DNA of 64,000 bases from Cycas panzhihuaensis (GCA_023213395.1 CM041465.1:4278001-4342000); one strand, 5' to 3'; shown: positions 29,701-43,016, counted from the first letter of the stretch. Translations and numbers: made by a program. The notes: a model not told the origin generated them from the letters alone.

Positions 29701-30780
29701 CCTTGTATGGGCTAAAACAAGCTCCTCATGATTGGTATATAAAACTAAACAAACATCTTTGTCAAAATGGTTTTCACTAAGGAAGCTCAAACTCAAGTTT
29801 GTATATAAAGAAAAAGTATGGACTAATTACTATAATAGTTATTTATATAGATGACATGATTCTTACTAGAAATGATAATGAATCAATCTCAGTCATCAAT
29901 AAATAGCTAGAAGAGGAATTTGCGATGACAAACTTAGGACTCCTAAAATATTATCTAGGAATAGAAGTCTATCAAAATAAGGACTTAATCACTTTATCTT
30001 AAAACAAGTATGCCAACGACTTACTGAGAAAATTTTAGATGGAAAGTTATAATCCTTATGCAACACCTATGGAAATGAATTACAATCTTGTTCTCAATCT
30101 ATATGAACCTCAAGCTAATGCTAATTTGTATAGAAAATTGATTGGGAGTCTAATCTACCTCACTACTACTAAATCTAATATCTCACATTCAGTGGGATTA
30201 GTCTGAAGGTACATGTAAGACCCTAAAGTAAAACATTAAAAAGCAAAAAAAATGATATTGAGGTATATAAAGGGAACTGTAGACTTAAATCTTGTCTATC
30301 CAAATAGAAAGTCATCACAACTATTAGGATTTTATGATTTAAATTAGGCTAGAGACAAAGAATAAAGGAAATCCACCAGTGGATATTGTTTCTTCTTAGG
30401 ATCTTTAGTCATTTTGTGGAGTAGTAAAAGACAAGCAATAGTAGAATAACTTTAAATAAAGGCAAATATAAATTAGTAGTGAATACAACATGTGAAGTTA
30501 TTTGGTTAAGACAACTCTTGACAAACTTGAATTAGAATCAAGTGGAACTAATAAAACTAATATATAACAATTAAAGCACTAACAAGTTATTTAAGAATCC
30601 AGTTATCCATGCATAAATGAAGTACATAGAAGTGAATCATCACTTCATATGGGAAAAAGTTCAAAACAAAGAAGTCAACTTAACATATTATCCTACTATA
30701 GAATAAGTTGCAGATATCTTGACAAAATCTCTTAGCAAAGATAGAGTTCAAATGCTTAGAAACAACTTAGGGTTGAAAAA
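26725..30780 (+). pseudogene. Copia C gag-pol (gag with two CCHC knuckles, PR, INT, RT, RNase H)
   Basis: ORF 28006-28590 WNLKYGH..CKGCQ..LELVHIDLCGP (GAG-pre-integrase/INT), RRSKLDTKSIECIIVGY, IYIDDMI (RT), KSTSGYCFFLG and KYIEVNHHF (RH). Confidence 0.9.
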
Positions 30781-30908
30781 GGGATAAAACGTTAAGAGAG
30801 GGTGTTAAGATATAATGTTTTATCTAATGTTTAACTTAGATATTTGAAGAGGTAATGTGAGTCACCCCTCATTATGTAACTCTCACTGTGGATTTGATAA
30901 GTGTATCT

Positions 30909-31551
30909 TTTTAGATATATGACAATAATTACAAGAAGGCTTTAATTTTTTGGTGGGACCTTTATTAGTATAGTTTCCCCATAAATCCTTCCTTAAGGGG
31001 ATCCAAGGGGGGCAACATCCCCCTTTAGCTAAGGAGGATATGAGGAGGAGTGGAATGCCCCCCTTCAAGTGGGGTTTCAAGGGTGGTATCCCCCAAAGCA
31101 AAAAGTTAGGGCTTAAAACCTATCAAATTGTAAAGGGAATCTAGGCCTTTCATTAAAAAGACCTAGATCTGATGGCTACGATTAATGTACCTTTCTTATA
31201 ACTCATTTTTAAGGTAATTGTATCACATTATATTGTATTTTATAGAATTACAACTCGATAATTTTTGGTTGTTGCTACTATGAAAATTCTATGATGACTA
31301 CATACTCAATCGTTTATTCTTGACTAATAAAGATCAACACCTTTCCTATGTAGATATTTCCCTAACATTTTGCTAGGGTTTTAATACATTAAAATCTATG
31401 TACTGGGTAATGTGTATGCTTTCTTATGTATGTTGAATAATATTTGGTTTTACATACTTGCATTTATTATAGTTTCAAATCCTTATTATTGTTGCAAAAT
31501 AGTTAGATCTTGATGGTTGGTTTTAGTTATTTAGACCAAGTTTTCTCAACA
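30909..31551. mobile_element. Solo LTR S1 (643 bp) inside the Copia C 3' LTR
   Basis: Absent from the 5' LTR of C. TSD tatct/tctct, ends ..tcaaca. Homologous to 46596-47213. Confidence 0.8.
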
Positions 31552-32204
31552 TCTCTCTCAAGTACTTCAGTTACAAATCTCTTTATATCAATTGTATAAT
31601 GTAATGTATATTTAAGAAAGCTTTGGCTCATCAATAAAGAATTCATTCTATTCCGAATTCAATAGGATAATCCTTATTGATAAGTTATATAGGTACATAT
31701 TGGGCTTGATATAATGATATTTATAGATTAATCCCATACTATTATTTTAACCTAGGTTTTGCCTAAGTTTTATGGTATTACAAAAATTAGCCTACTATCA
31801 CTTTATCTTTAAATAAAGCTAAGTATAAACCCACTATTAGTATAGCTACTAAGGCTATTTATCTTAGAAGGATTCGTAAAGAGCTTGGAATTAATCAAAC
31901 ACAAGCTACTTTATTGTTCTATGATAATTAAGTGTTCTTAAATTGATCAAAAATCCTATGTTCTATGTGAGGATAAAACACATCTAGATGCACCATTAGA
32001 TTATCAAGGAGTATATACAAGATGGTAAAATAATTTTTTCTACAAGTTAACTAATGATCAAATAGTAGATGTCTTCATAAAGGAACTCTCTTGTGATAAA
32101 TTTAAAAAGTTTTAGCTTGGTCTTAGTGTCATAATTAATAAACTCATTATTAAGGGAGGGTGATAGAATAATTAATGTTGAATTTATTAATTCTTAATTG
32201 ATTT

Positions 32205-34475
32205 TTCTTTTTTGGTAAGGTAAAATAATATTATAAGGGGTTTTAAATAGGTCCCCAAACCTTATACATTATAGCCCACTGGCCTAGGAAAAATGACCAT
32301 GACAAGCCCATGGTCTAGTCCATATTAGGGAGAAGCCATCTCATCCTCCCCTATCTGTTCTCTCGTTATGTGCATCAATCCTAACTAGACTTAGAAGCTC
32401 TTCTAGGAAGTCCTCCTTCCAAACCTTGTTTCTTTTATTTGACACAACCTAATTTGCCAACCAATCTGTCATCAAATTTCCTTCCCTATACGTGTGCTAG
32501 ATCTGAACATTCAATTTGGAGCTCAGGATATCTTGCACATCCCTAATGATCTCTTCATTGTTCCAACCTGACTCTGCCTCCCCCCTTAAGCATTTAATCA
32601 CATACAAGGAAACACCTTCAATAATCACTTTCTGTACCTCCTCCTTGTCAAGCGTGGCTACCTCCCTTTGCATGGCCCATACCTCTACTCTTTGATTCAA
32701 TTGGATACCCAAATACTCCGCGAATGCCCATTTCACTATCCTCATATGATCCTTGCATAGCCCTCCCCCTCCCGCCTCTCTGGGGTTGCCTTTAGCAGCT
32801 CCATAAAAGTTAATTTTTACCCAGGTTGCTTCTGGGGGAATCTAGATAGTTGTTCTCCTCTTCTCGCTTCCTCCCTTCGGGTATCTAATACCCCATTCAT
32901 CAAGAATGCCTTCTTCCTCTTTTGGGACCCTATCCTCCTTCAGGGAGACTAGAATATCTAAAATGCCCTTCCTAATCTTGACGAACAATTTTTTATTGTC
33001 CATCTCTTTACCTTAAAAAATTCTCCTGTTTCGCTCCTTCCAGATGTGCCAAGTACCTATCGAGAGAATTAGCTTCCAAAATCTAGCCAGTATCTTACTC
33101 TTAAATGGAGGCTCCCATGAGAGCCATTGGTCTCTCAGCGACTTAGAGGAAACCCACTCTAAGCCTAGCCTAGACCAAAAACTACCCCAAATTCCCTCAG
33201 AATAGGGGCAATGTATACTTAGGTGGTCCAGGGTCTCAACTTCCTCCTTACATAATTCACACCTGCTCACTATATAAAAGCTATGCTTTAGAAGGTTATC
33301 CATTGTTAAAAGTTTATTTTGAAGACAGAGCCACCAAAAGGCTGTGACCTTCGGAAGAAGCCCCGGTTTCCATACCCCTGCCAGCATATCATTCCTAGGC
33401 TAGCCTTCTCTTATCATCAACGAATTATAACCGTCTTTAACCGTATAGGACCCTGATGATGATAGGCGCCATACCAATGTATCAGGAGAGGCTCGTATAG
33501 GGATATATTAGTTTTTTAATACCCCTTTTACACTATGGATCTCTTCCACGAAGCCTTGTAATTCGTTGAATGATCTCCATTGCCTGTTCTTACCCTACCC
33601 CTCCCAGTAATGCTTAACTAATTTACCATAAGTGTCCTCGCAGACCCTCTTCAGGTTATCGACATCTAGTAGCTCCTCTAACCTTGAAGGGTTGTACCAC
33701 TTATCTTCCTAGAACCTAATATTTTCTACGTTCCCTAGTTTCCATCGCATGCCACTACGTAAGATAGAATGCGAGGACCATATGGCTTTCCAAATGGGGG
33801 ATCTTGAGGAGCTACACTCCTCATGCTTCAGGAAATATTTATCCCTTAGATACTTCCTGACTATAATTTTTCCCCATACTGAGCTAACCTCTTTGGTTAG
33901 CCTCCATCCTGTCTTGGCAAGAAGGGCTCCATTAAAGAGCCCAAACCTCCTGACATTAAGTCCTCCCACCCACTTAGGCTTTCATACCTTCTCCCAAGAT
34001 ACTAGATGGAATCTATTTTTATCTTCGGCCCCAGACCATAAGAATCTCTTCATAATGCCTTCAAGGGTTGAAATAACCTTGCCCGACATCTTAAATAAGG
34101 ACATTTGGTATACTAGAATGCTCTGAAGAGAGGCCACCACCAGCTAAATCTTCCCAGCCTAGCTTAGTAGCACCACTTTCTAGCTAGCCAGCTTCCTATT
34201 AAACCTTCCCACAATTGGATCCTAGAGGTTCTTAACCACCTTTCCCATAAAAAGTAGCATCCCCAGGTAAGAAGCAGGGAAGGGTCTACTGGTTATCTCC
34301 AAAACCCTACTGATCCTTCTCTGCAGCCTCTCAGGAGTATTGATGAAAAAAACTGAGCTCTTATCCAAGTTGATTCTTTGATTAGAAGCCCTCTCGTATG
34401 CCTGCAGACTAGCTTTCAAGGCTTGGGCCTCATCCATGGAAGCCCTACTAAAAAAGATATTATCATCGACAAACT
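32205..34475 (-). mobile_element. 5'-truncated L1-clade LINE D (RT C-part, zf-RVT, RNase H), decayed
   Basis: Starts at FVDDNIFF. Fragments QRINLDKSSVFF, GGLNVRRFGLFNGALLAKTGW, SRCELCKEEVETLDHLSIHC, WHIWKERNRRIF. A-rich tail at 32205. 18-bp TSD ttaattcttaattgattt at 32187-32204 and 34476-34493. Confidence 0.95.
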
Positions 34476-36123
34476 TTAATTCTTAATTGATTTATTATAT
34501 TACATATTTATAATATATTATAAAGTTAGTTTATGTTGAGAGTATTATATCCATGAATGGGTTAAGTGGTAACTTAATATTATGAGTCTATGTGCATGGG
34601 AGTATTTTTGCACATAACATTGTAATATATAGATATGGTTTAATCATGAAAGGTGCCAACTGTCACATTGCATGATTATTCATTTATTATTCCCTCAAGC
34701 CTCTTATAATAGTTATTGTTATATTATTCCCTCTAGCGTGCTTTGGTTAGGCCTAGACTAAGTATCCCCTAATGGCATTATGTTTCCTCTATTTCAAGTC
34801 TAGATCAATGGATGAAAAAACCTATGGGAACCTAAGGACCACCTTTTCCAACTCCTAAGAAGGAGTCTCTGCTAGTTTGTGTCATTTAATTTAGATATGA
34901 GTGTAATAATGAAAGGCTGGGATAAAGGGGGGGTACTAGAATCCACTAGACTATAAAACCAAGTAGAGGAGTTCTAAGTATGAAATTATACTAAAAATAT
35001 TTTTGTGTCATTCCTCGAACTCCTTTCCTTTTATTATTTTGAATTTTTGGGTATACTAAAATAAAGAAAATGGTAAAATAATGGAAAGTTCTTTTTTATT
35101 TTTATTTTTTAATGGAAGCACAAAAAGAATAATGAGACGACAAGATCTAACTACCTTGTTTTCAAAATCAACTAAGAAAATAAATCACACACACTACTTT
35201 TTCTTCTTTGTTTCTTGAAATAATGAACACCAAGATGAAAGAAATACTATCTCTTAGATATGCAAAACAAACTTCTCTTTAAAACCAAAGAAAGCACTAG
35301 TATGAAATCCAAATATTATGATATACAATTCTATATGTAATTTGATAAAAGATAAAAATAACATGCAATATTTATAGGAAGCTTTTTATTTTTATGTAAA
35401 TGTTATTCCAATTCTTAAGAATAATTCAAATAGAAGTGAGAGATTTTAGATGTGATTTTCTTTTACAACTAAGAATGATATGCATCCCACAAAAGGTCAT
35501 ATGCAATTAGCCATGATTGATATTCTTACAAGCAAATAATAGACTAGAATTATAAAGAGATTCTATTTCTCATAGACTTTTTAAACACCATAGGATCCTT
35601 TAACCTCATACAAACTAATTGCTACAACAATATATCATTCATGTACACAAGTTCCTTCTTTGAATTGAGAGAAGATGAAAAAGATAAAATTAAGGAATAC
35701 AACACCTAATAATTTTAGAAATCTTAAATCTAGTGATAAATTCTTACCTCAAAATAACTATCTCCCTTTAAAATGACCAATCTTTCTCAATTTTTTCTTT
35801 AAAATAAGTAGAAAGAGGAAGAAAACTAAGAAGAACAAGTCCAATCAACAACTAAGGAAGAAGAAAAAAGTAAGACTAGATCTCTTGGGAGCCTTTGGTA
35901 GCTAAGGAGAATAGCAGAGAGTTTCTTTGTTTTATGGTGAAGAGATGGATCTTTCTTCATAATAGACAACCTGTTTTCTTTCCTACAAAGGGCTAACCTT
36001 TCAACCAAGGTTTCCTAAGGAAAAAATATGAATAAAAGTGTTTCAATAGTTAAAAGAAGGAGAGAGGCAAATCTAATCATAAGAAATCATCAAAAGAGTA
36101 CTAAATCAAAAGGAAACTATAGT

Positions 36124-38675
36124 GTTTGCTTGACTGCCTGAGGGCTTTTGGCTTTGGGGAGACTTGGCGATCATGGATAAAACTCTGCATCGGGAACCTG
36201 CAGTTCTCTGTTATCATCAATGGCTCATCTTCAAGCCTCTTTCCAGGTTTCAGGGGGTTGAGGCAGGGGGACCCTCTCTCTCCTTTTTTGTTTATTACGA
36301 TGGCTGAGTTGTTGGGCAGATCCTTGGAGGCTATGAGGGGACAAGGGGTCATAGATGGCATTAAACCGACTTCGGGGATGGACAATGTGGCCCATCATCA
36401 ATTCATGGATGACAATATCTTCCTAGGGAAGGCATCTATAAGAGAGGCTACCAATTTTAAAGAGATTTTGGGCCATTTCGAGAAGGCCACGAATCAGAAG
36501 ATAAACCTGAATAAGAGTAATGTTTTCTTTATAAACACCCCAGGACATATTCAAGGAAAAATCAGCAGAATTCTAGAGATGAGTATTAAAAAGCTCCCCG
36601 CAACTTATCTTGGGCTGCCACTCTTTGTTGGGAAGATGTCCAAGGATATGTGGAATCCCCTCATAGATAGGTTGCAAAGGAAGTTGGCTGGCTGGAAAGA
36701 GGCCCTCTTAAGTCAAGCTGGAAAGCTCCAGCTTGTTGCCTCCACGCTGCAAAGCATCCCAATCTTCTCGATGTCCATTTTTAGGGTCCCGACGGGTGTC
36801 TCAGACACCATAGAATCTATTGAGAAGAGATTCCTTTGGTCGGGGGTGGAGAACAAAGACAGGATACACTTGGTCGGTGATAAAGTCTCAGATGCCAAAA
36901 TGGGCCGGAGGCCTAAATCTGAGAAGACTTTCTCTCTTTAACGTAGCATTAGGGGCAAAGATGGGCTGGCATCTACTAAAAGGTAGAGAAAGGCTTTGGG
37001 AAAAGATCCTAACTAGAAAATATGTGCAAGGAGGTTCTCTCATAGGTAATGATGTTTCTCAAGTTGGATCAACTATCTGGAGGAGTATCCTTAAAGCTTG
37101 GAAAGCTATAAGGAATGGTCTGAAATGGAGACTAAGTGATGGGAACTCCATAAGATTCTGGGAGGATGCATGGTGTTATGACAAAGCGCTCAAGGATTAC
37201 CCTGACCTGGCACCTGTTATGGATCCCTGTGTCAGGTTTTTCGATAGATATGTTAAGGATTATTGGACCGGAAGTGGTAAAAATAGGATTTGGAAGACCC
37301 TAGTGGAAATCCAAGGAGAAAGTCAAGTTCAACAAGAAGGCCTTAACAAGATCAACAGGATTCTTGGCAAGTGTTACATCCCCAGAGCTCCTTCATTGGA
37401 CTCAGTTGTGTGGCCCCTGAGCTTATCCGGTGACTATACTGCTAAACAAGGATACCACTATCTATGTCAAACAAGAGGGGACCAGAGTAACCCTATCCTC
37501 GAAGGGGTCTGGAAGCTCCCTATCATTCCCAAGATCGCAGTATTCTGGTGGACCTGCCTAAGAAACAAAATTCTTATAGTTGACAATCTGAAAAGAAGAG
37601 GCTTTATGATGGCTAATAGATGCACCTTATGTTACTCAGAAGAGGAATCCTTGGACCACATCTTCCTGGAGTGCTCTTACACAAGGGAGGTGTGGAGGAC
37701 ATTGTTGGGAAAGCTAGAGGTAAGCTGGACATTTTCAGAAAAGACTGTTGACCTTTGGCTAGCTTGGATAAGCCCATTTAGGAGTAGAACATTGAGCTGT
37801 ATCTGTAAGAGTGCACTCCCGATTCTAGCCTGGAACATATGGAAAGAGAGGAATCATAGAATTTTTCAAGCGACTCAGATAGATCAGATTACTATTTTCA
37901 ACAGAATTTGTACGGACATAAGGGAGACTGTTAGAAATATCAAAGAAAAGCGTATGACCTTGACAGAGAATAGGATTTTGAGAAAATGGGGTATAGAACC
38001 TACTTTTGAGGTTGTACAGCCCAAATGCAACAGGTGGCTACCTCCCAAGGAACCCTGGATCAAAATAAACTTCGATGGGGCAGCGAAAGGGAATCCCGAG
38101 GACGCTGGGGGAGGAGGTATCTGTAGGGACCACACTGGGACCCCGATTTGGGCCTTTGCAGAATTCTATGATTGCCAGACAAATCATTATGCTGAGATGT
38201 ATGCTATGCTTAAAGCTATTGATCTTGCTATGGAAGGAAATTTTCAGAGATTGGTAATTGAGGGGGACTCTGAGGTTGTGGTAAAAACACTAAAAGAAGA
38301 GGCTCTCCCAGATTGGAGATACCAACCCTTATTCAACGATGCCAAGGAAATCATTAAGGGGCTGGCAGAAGTCCGTATAAGGCATACTCTGAGAGAAGGA
38401 AATAAGCCAGCTGACTTTCTGGCAAACTGGGGAGTGAGACACAGGACTGGCCAAGTATGGATGACTGATTTTCCTAGGGACCTCATGGTTCTGATAGAGA
38501 AGGATATGACCTGCATCAGCTAGTCGTGGGGCTTGTCCCGGCATCTAGCTCTCTGGCTTAGACTGTGGGGCTATCACGGTCATATATTATCTAGATGCAC
38601 TATACTTCTTGATGTAATAGGTTGTGGGATCCTCTTTCAAACCCACTAAAATTCATTTTATCTAATCAAAAAAAA
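36124..38675 (+). mobile_element. 5'-truncated L1-clade LINE G, well preserved
   Basis: 16-bp TSD aaaaggaaactatagt at 36108-36123 and 38676-38691, poly(A) tail. The empty site is seen in the other LTR of E (~49145). Confidence 0.96.
36126..38523 (+). pseudogene. LINE G ORF2 C-half: RT, zf-RVT and C-terminal RNase H; one frameshift near 36870
   Basis: RGLRQGDPLSPFLF, HHQFMDD, YLGLPL, RCTLCYSEEESLDHIFLEC, WNIWKERN, IKINFDGAAKGNP..IEGDSE..HTLREGNKPADFLA. Confidence 0.95.
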
Positions 38676-39902
38676 AAAAGGAAACTATAGTAAAAAAATC
38701 TTACCAAAGATATAAAGTTTTAAGTAGAAAGCTGTAATAAATTAAGTACCTCAAGAAGTAATAATAAGTCAAATTTGATAGAAATCAATCAATGAACAAA
38801 GCTCCAAATCTCTTCAATTAATTTTAGTTCTCTCTTCTCTAAGATAGATCTCAAAATTTTCAAGAAAAATCCTTTAATTACTTAAGAATCACTCCAAAAA
38901 AAATCTTAGTATCAAACTTATAACATACCAATGAAATCACCACCCTAATGTTCTTGAAGGTTCTAGGTACAAATGGAGTTAATTTCCACCAAATCTAGGT
39001 GGTGACATGTAAAACTAGTGCATTAATTAAAAAATTTACATTCATAATAGTAAAAAAAGTGACCCATTATATTTTATTAACAACAAAAAATATGAATTTG
39101 TTAATAAAATATGATCGATCACATTTTTAGCAGGACCAAAATGGCAATAAGTCGGGAAGTAAAAATTAGCCATTAAAAAGTCAAAATTAAAATTTTATTA
39201 AAAATTTTAAATAAAAATAACATAACCAATGTAAAAGAGTAGCCCAAAAAGGGTGAAAGCTATAAGAACAATCCCAAAACTCATAAAAATAAAGATGATT
39301 TAAAAATAAAATCAAAAGAAAAGAACAAAATAAGAAAATATTTTAAAGAAAAAAAATGAGTCAGAATGATCATGAAGGTGAGATTTTATCGCTATAGTTT
39401 TCACTCATCGGTAAGTGAAGAAAAATAATAGTACAATCATCATCATTCAACATAAACCATCCACCAAAATTAATATCACATATCATAAAAACATAGCCTA
39501 AACAACATAGAACAAGACTCAAATAATCATGTCAAATATAATCAAGCAAAAATATTTGTTAAAGAGCATGAAGGTTAGTTGAGGGCCAAGTTTTAGTGAA
39601 ACATTTTCCCCCTTAGAACCTAAAGCTTCTACCTTAAAAGAGGAGTGGGATAGTGAAATGTAATAGCGATCACGATGAAGGATTTTCTCAAATAGATAAA
39701 AGATTTAAATGAGATATATGAATGATGGAAAACTAGTCTATAAAAGGCACTAAAATTAAATTAAACAAACCTTAATGTAAGTAGATTAACAAGCTAAATA
39801 TCACTATCAAAATGCCTACTAAATAGATAGGACTTACGCTCACTCAATTAAAAACAACACTAGATGCCCACAAAACTAGATGAGGCTTAAAATCTAGATG
39901 GT

Positions 39903-40140
39903 CATAGTTTATCTCTCATTAACCAAACTTCAAAGAAAAACCTTTTCTGTTAGAGCCAAAAGGATGAACTTTCATAGTTTTTGGGCTAATTAATAAGTGA
40001 CTTTTTAGAGCCTTAGGCTACCATAGATTCAACTCATTAGTAGGTGCCCTTTTGGAGCCTTCCATCATAGTTTTAGTTCATTAATAGGAGAGAGAATTCA
40101 AAGCTTTATACTATCATAATTTAGACTCTTTAATAGGTAA
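39903..40140 (+). repeat. Cluster of CATAGTTT-WTACTCATT-like motifs (element E)
   Basis: Copies start at 39903, 39973, 40022, 40066 and 40115. Confidence 0.65.
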
Positions 40141-40502
40141 AAAGACTCAAAGCTTTTTTAGGGCCAAAATAAGGATTAAAATAAATATCAAAATAAGTAA
40201 GTGACAACATATTCAGGCCTTCAAAATGATTATTAATAATTGAGTGAATTAAGGTCAATAATAATCTATATTAATGAAAGATATATCATTCTCTAATTTC
40301 AAAAGATTTTATCTAAGGACAATTACTGAAAGAGGATAATATTAACCTGGATAAATAAAATGGATGAAAGATACAATTTTATCCAAAATGTAAGGAAAAG
40401 TGTCCTTCCCTTTTTATAAGAAAATATAATATTCTTCTTTTCATTTTTATGTAAGGGATTTGGAAAATCAATGATTGAGAGGACTCTTACCTCTTAATTT
40501 AG

Positions 40503-42750
40503 GAGATAGTTTGGAGCTATCTTAATGAGGGACTAGCTCCAAGAGGTGGAGATAGAAATGATGCAGTAGGGAGCTAGATATCTAGTAAGTCTTCTTTAAA
40601 AATTCTTTTCAAAATTGAATTTTTTAAAATAAAAATGTGATAATATAGAGTAAAAAATATAGAAATAGTGCTAAAAACATGATTAAATTGTCAAAAATAT
40701 GATTTGGTAATTTAGCACAAGAATTGTAAGATCATATTTTTGATAAATGAATCACATCTTTTACTATTTTATTGCATTTTTTAGTGGACAATTACATTTT
40801 TTATTATTTTATCATGTTTTTAAGTGGACAATTATATTTTTTACTATTTCATCATATTTTTTACTTTGAAAGAGAAAATTGAAAAATAAAAGTTTTTAAA
40901 AATCCAAAATTAGTGTCTAACATGATTGCTTTTGATGTGATGTAGCCTCTAGAGAAGGTAGATACCAAGGATAATGAGGGATTAGTAATTAGGGAGCTGA
41001 TTAGTTAGTTAACTAAGGAGGATTAGGCCCTATTGAGAGCATGTGGTCTATCCTAGGTAAGTGGCTCAACCCAATTAGTGATGGAGTATGAGATCCTTCA
41101 TAATTTTATCAACTATTAGATCCTATGGAGGAATGCATTCAAAGTATAGGCCATAAGAGATATACAAATAAATCTTAAGAATATTAGGAGGATATTATAT
41201 ATCAACTGGTATGGGGAAAGGATTAGACTAACTAGGGTGATCAATGATGAGTCACAAGAGGTGTGTAGCCAGTATCTAACTAGCTTTATTAATCAATTTA
41301 TTCCTCATGGAATATCCATTAAGGTAATGAGGATGGTAGAAGGGATTCTAGTCATATGGAAGATTATCACCCTCATTATCATTTTTAGGATTGCTAGGAT
41401 CTAGAACTTCATGGGGGTTCCAACGTAGTGGGTGGGAATAATTAGAAGATGTGAGTAGGGTATTAGGATAAACTGGGGTTAATACATAGTAGATAGTATG
41501 CGCCTTTAGTTATCCTAGTTTAGGAGGCTAGGTAGGGGAGGCTTTTCCTATAATTCTATTTTGATGGGTTGGTTGTATGACCATATACCATTGATGAGGC
41601 TAGGTGGACCCCTAGGAGAGTTGACCATCATGGATCCAGGCTTAGATTTATAATAGAATAACTATAGTGGCAAGGAGTACACATAATCCTCTACTAAATT
41701 AGATGACCAAGAGGCAGCTAGTAGATGATCCATATGAGGGGCTACCTATATGGAGTTATGATAATGTGGACATGGTGGAGAGAATAGTAGTAGGAGAGGC
41801 TCATATTATTAGTAGAAGGAAAGGAAGAAGGAGAGGGAGAGGAGGTAGAGTAGGAGGTGGAGATAGGGGATAACATTAAGCTAGTTGAGATGGGAGAGGA
41901 GAGGCATCAACTAATGGAGAAAGGAGGGGAGGTAGAGATGTGCTTCAAGCGATGGATGGAGCATAAGGTGGAGATAGAGGTGGCTCTATACATAGAATGG
42001 AGCTAGGTTTAATAGATGGGTAGGTGAGAGGAGGTGATGGAAACAGAGAAGAAGAGGGGGAGCCACCTAAATATGCTCCTCAAAAGCCTCAGGGAGAGGC
42101 AGTCATACAGATAGGAGAGGAGATGGTAATGGAGTTAGTGGAAGGAGGATAGCCAATAAGTATGCTAATTAGTTTGTATTTTTTTTAATATATTATATTA
42201 TTTATTATACATTATCTACCCATTATATAGAAGATTGATCATAATTGATGTGTTTTTCATGGATAGGTAAGGAGATCCTAACTCTTTTAAAGGTTAAGAG
42301 GATTCTTAACTTGATTTTTCCCTATACATCTACATTGAAGAAACCTCTAACATGGAACATCATTAATCATAAACTATTAAGGCATTAGATTAAGTATTTT
42401 AGCCCTATACTACAGGCTCAATGCATGATTTAGGACATGAGGATGGAGCTGAGACTTTGGGAGTTAGAGCTTAAAGTAGTAGAGGATAAGTGATATCATC
42501 TATATAGGATGACATTAGTATAGGCTAGGGGATGAGTTACCCCATCCAAGAGCACCATAGTTCAGTAGGAGAGACATCTTCTACCACACAAAGAGTTGAC
42601 ATATGGATAGACTCTAGATAGAGGAGAGAGAGTGAATCTAGGAGTATAGGGAAGCTCTTACTAGAGTTCATAGAGGTAAGCATATTTTTATATAGGAGGA
42701 GGAGATAGGAGGGAGATATGAGGCATTTCATGAGCCTTAGATGTTGTATT
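40503..42750 (+). pseudogene. Plant Mobile Domain (PMD, aminotransferase-like, MAIN/MAIL-related) gene, antisense to element E, probably spliced
   Basis: One frame from 40946 to ~41640 with only point stops: ..LTKED*ALLRACGL..ILHNFINY*ILWRNAFKV*AIRDIQINLKNIRRILYINWYGERI..RINWG*YIVDSMRL*LS*FRRLGRGGFSYNSILMGWLYDHIPLMR. This matches PMD motifs (LVERW..TH.F....E.TITL.DV..ILGLP..G; WG......LY..L..; L..W.WEH.P..R). Candidate introns 40585-40945, 42160-42230, 42267-42415. The 3' extent is approximate. Confidence 0.75.
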
Positions 42751-43016
42751 ATGAGTCATATAGTGATAGATATACTATACTTGTTTCATGTTCTATATGT
42801 ATATTAATTATTTTCTTCATAACTTGTGCAATAAATATGATGGATGATTGACTCTAAACTTTTTCTCCACATTTCCCTCTTTCATATATTATGAATGATA
42901 CATATCTATCAGTATGAGAGTCCATGAAAACATATAGTATTTTTTTCCTTTTTTGTATTTTTTTGTCTTTTGTCATTTTATAATTTTTTTTTAGATTTTT
43001 TGATTAATATGTACAT

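Larger units (their letters stand above)
25850..31664 (+). mobile_element. Ty1/copia C, full length but decayed, 214-bp LTRs
   Basis: 5' LTR 25850-26063 plus degenerate PBS tggtattaaact. PPT aagagaggg, 3' LTR 30803-31664 (with solo-LTR insert). Perfect TSD GGATA at 25845-25849 and 31665-31669. Confidence 0.92.
22632..32140 (+). pseudogene. Copia B gag-pol remnant (gag, PR, INT, truncated RT, RNase H), interrupted by Copia C
   Basis: MVAANTIKLSSSDNFLAWK (gag N-term), LVHLDIYGP and KKLDHKSRKCIFIGY (INT), LYVDDFL at ~25378 with the preceding RT part missing, RNase H remnant 31670-32140. Confidence 0.85.

Noticed and set aside
33749-38544. Antisense/shadow ORFs overlapping the two LINEs (e.g. 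33749-34126, 36101-36385, 38244-38516)
   Set aside because: By-products of GC-richer coding sequence on the other strand; no independent motifs.
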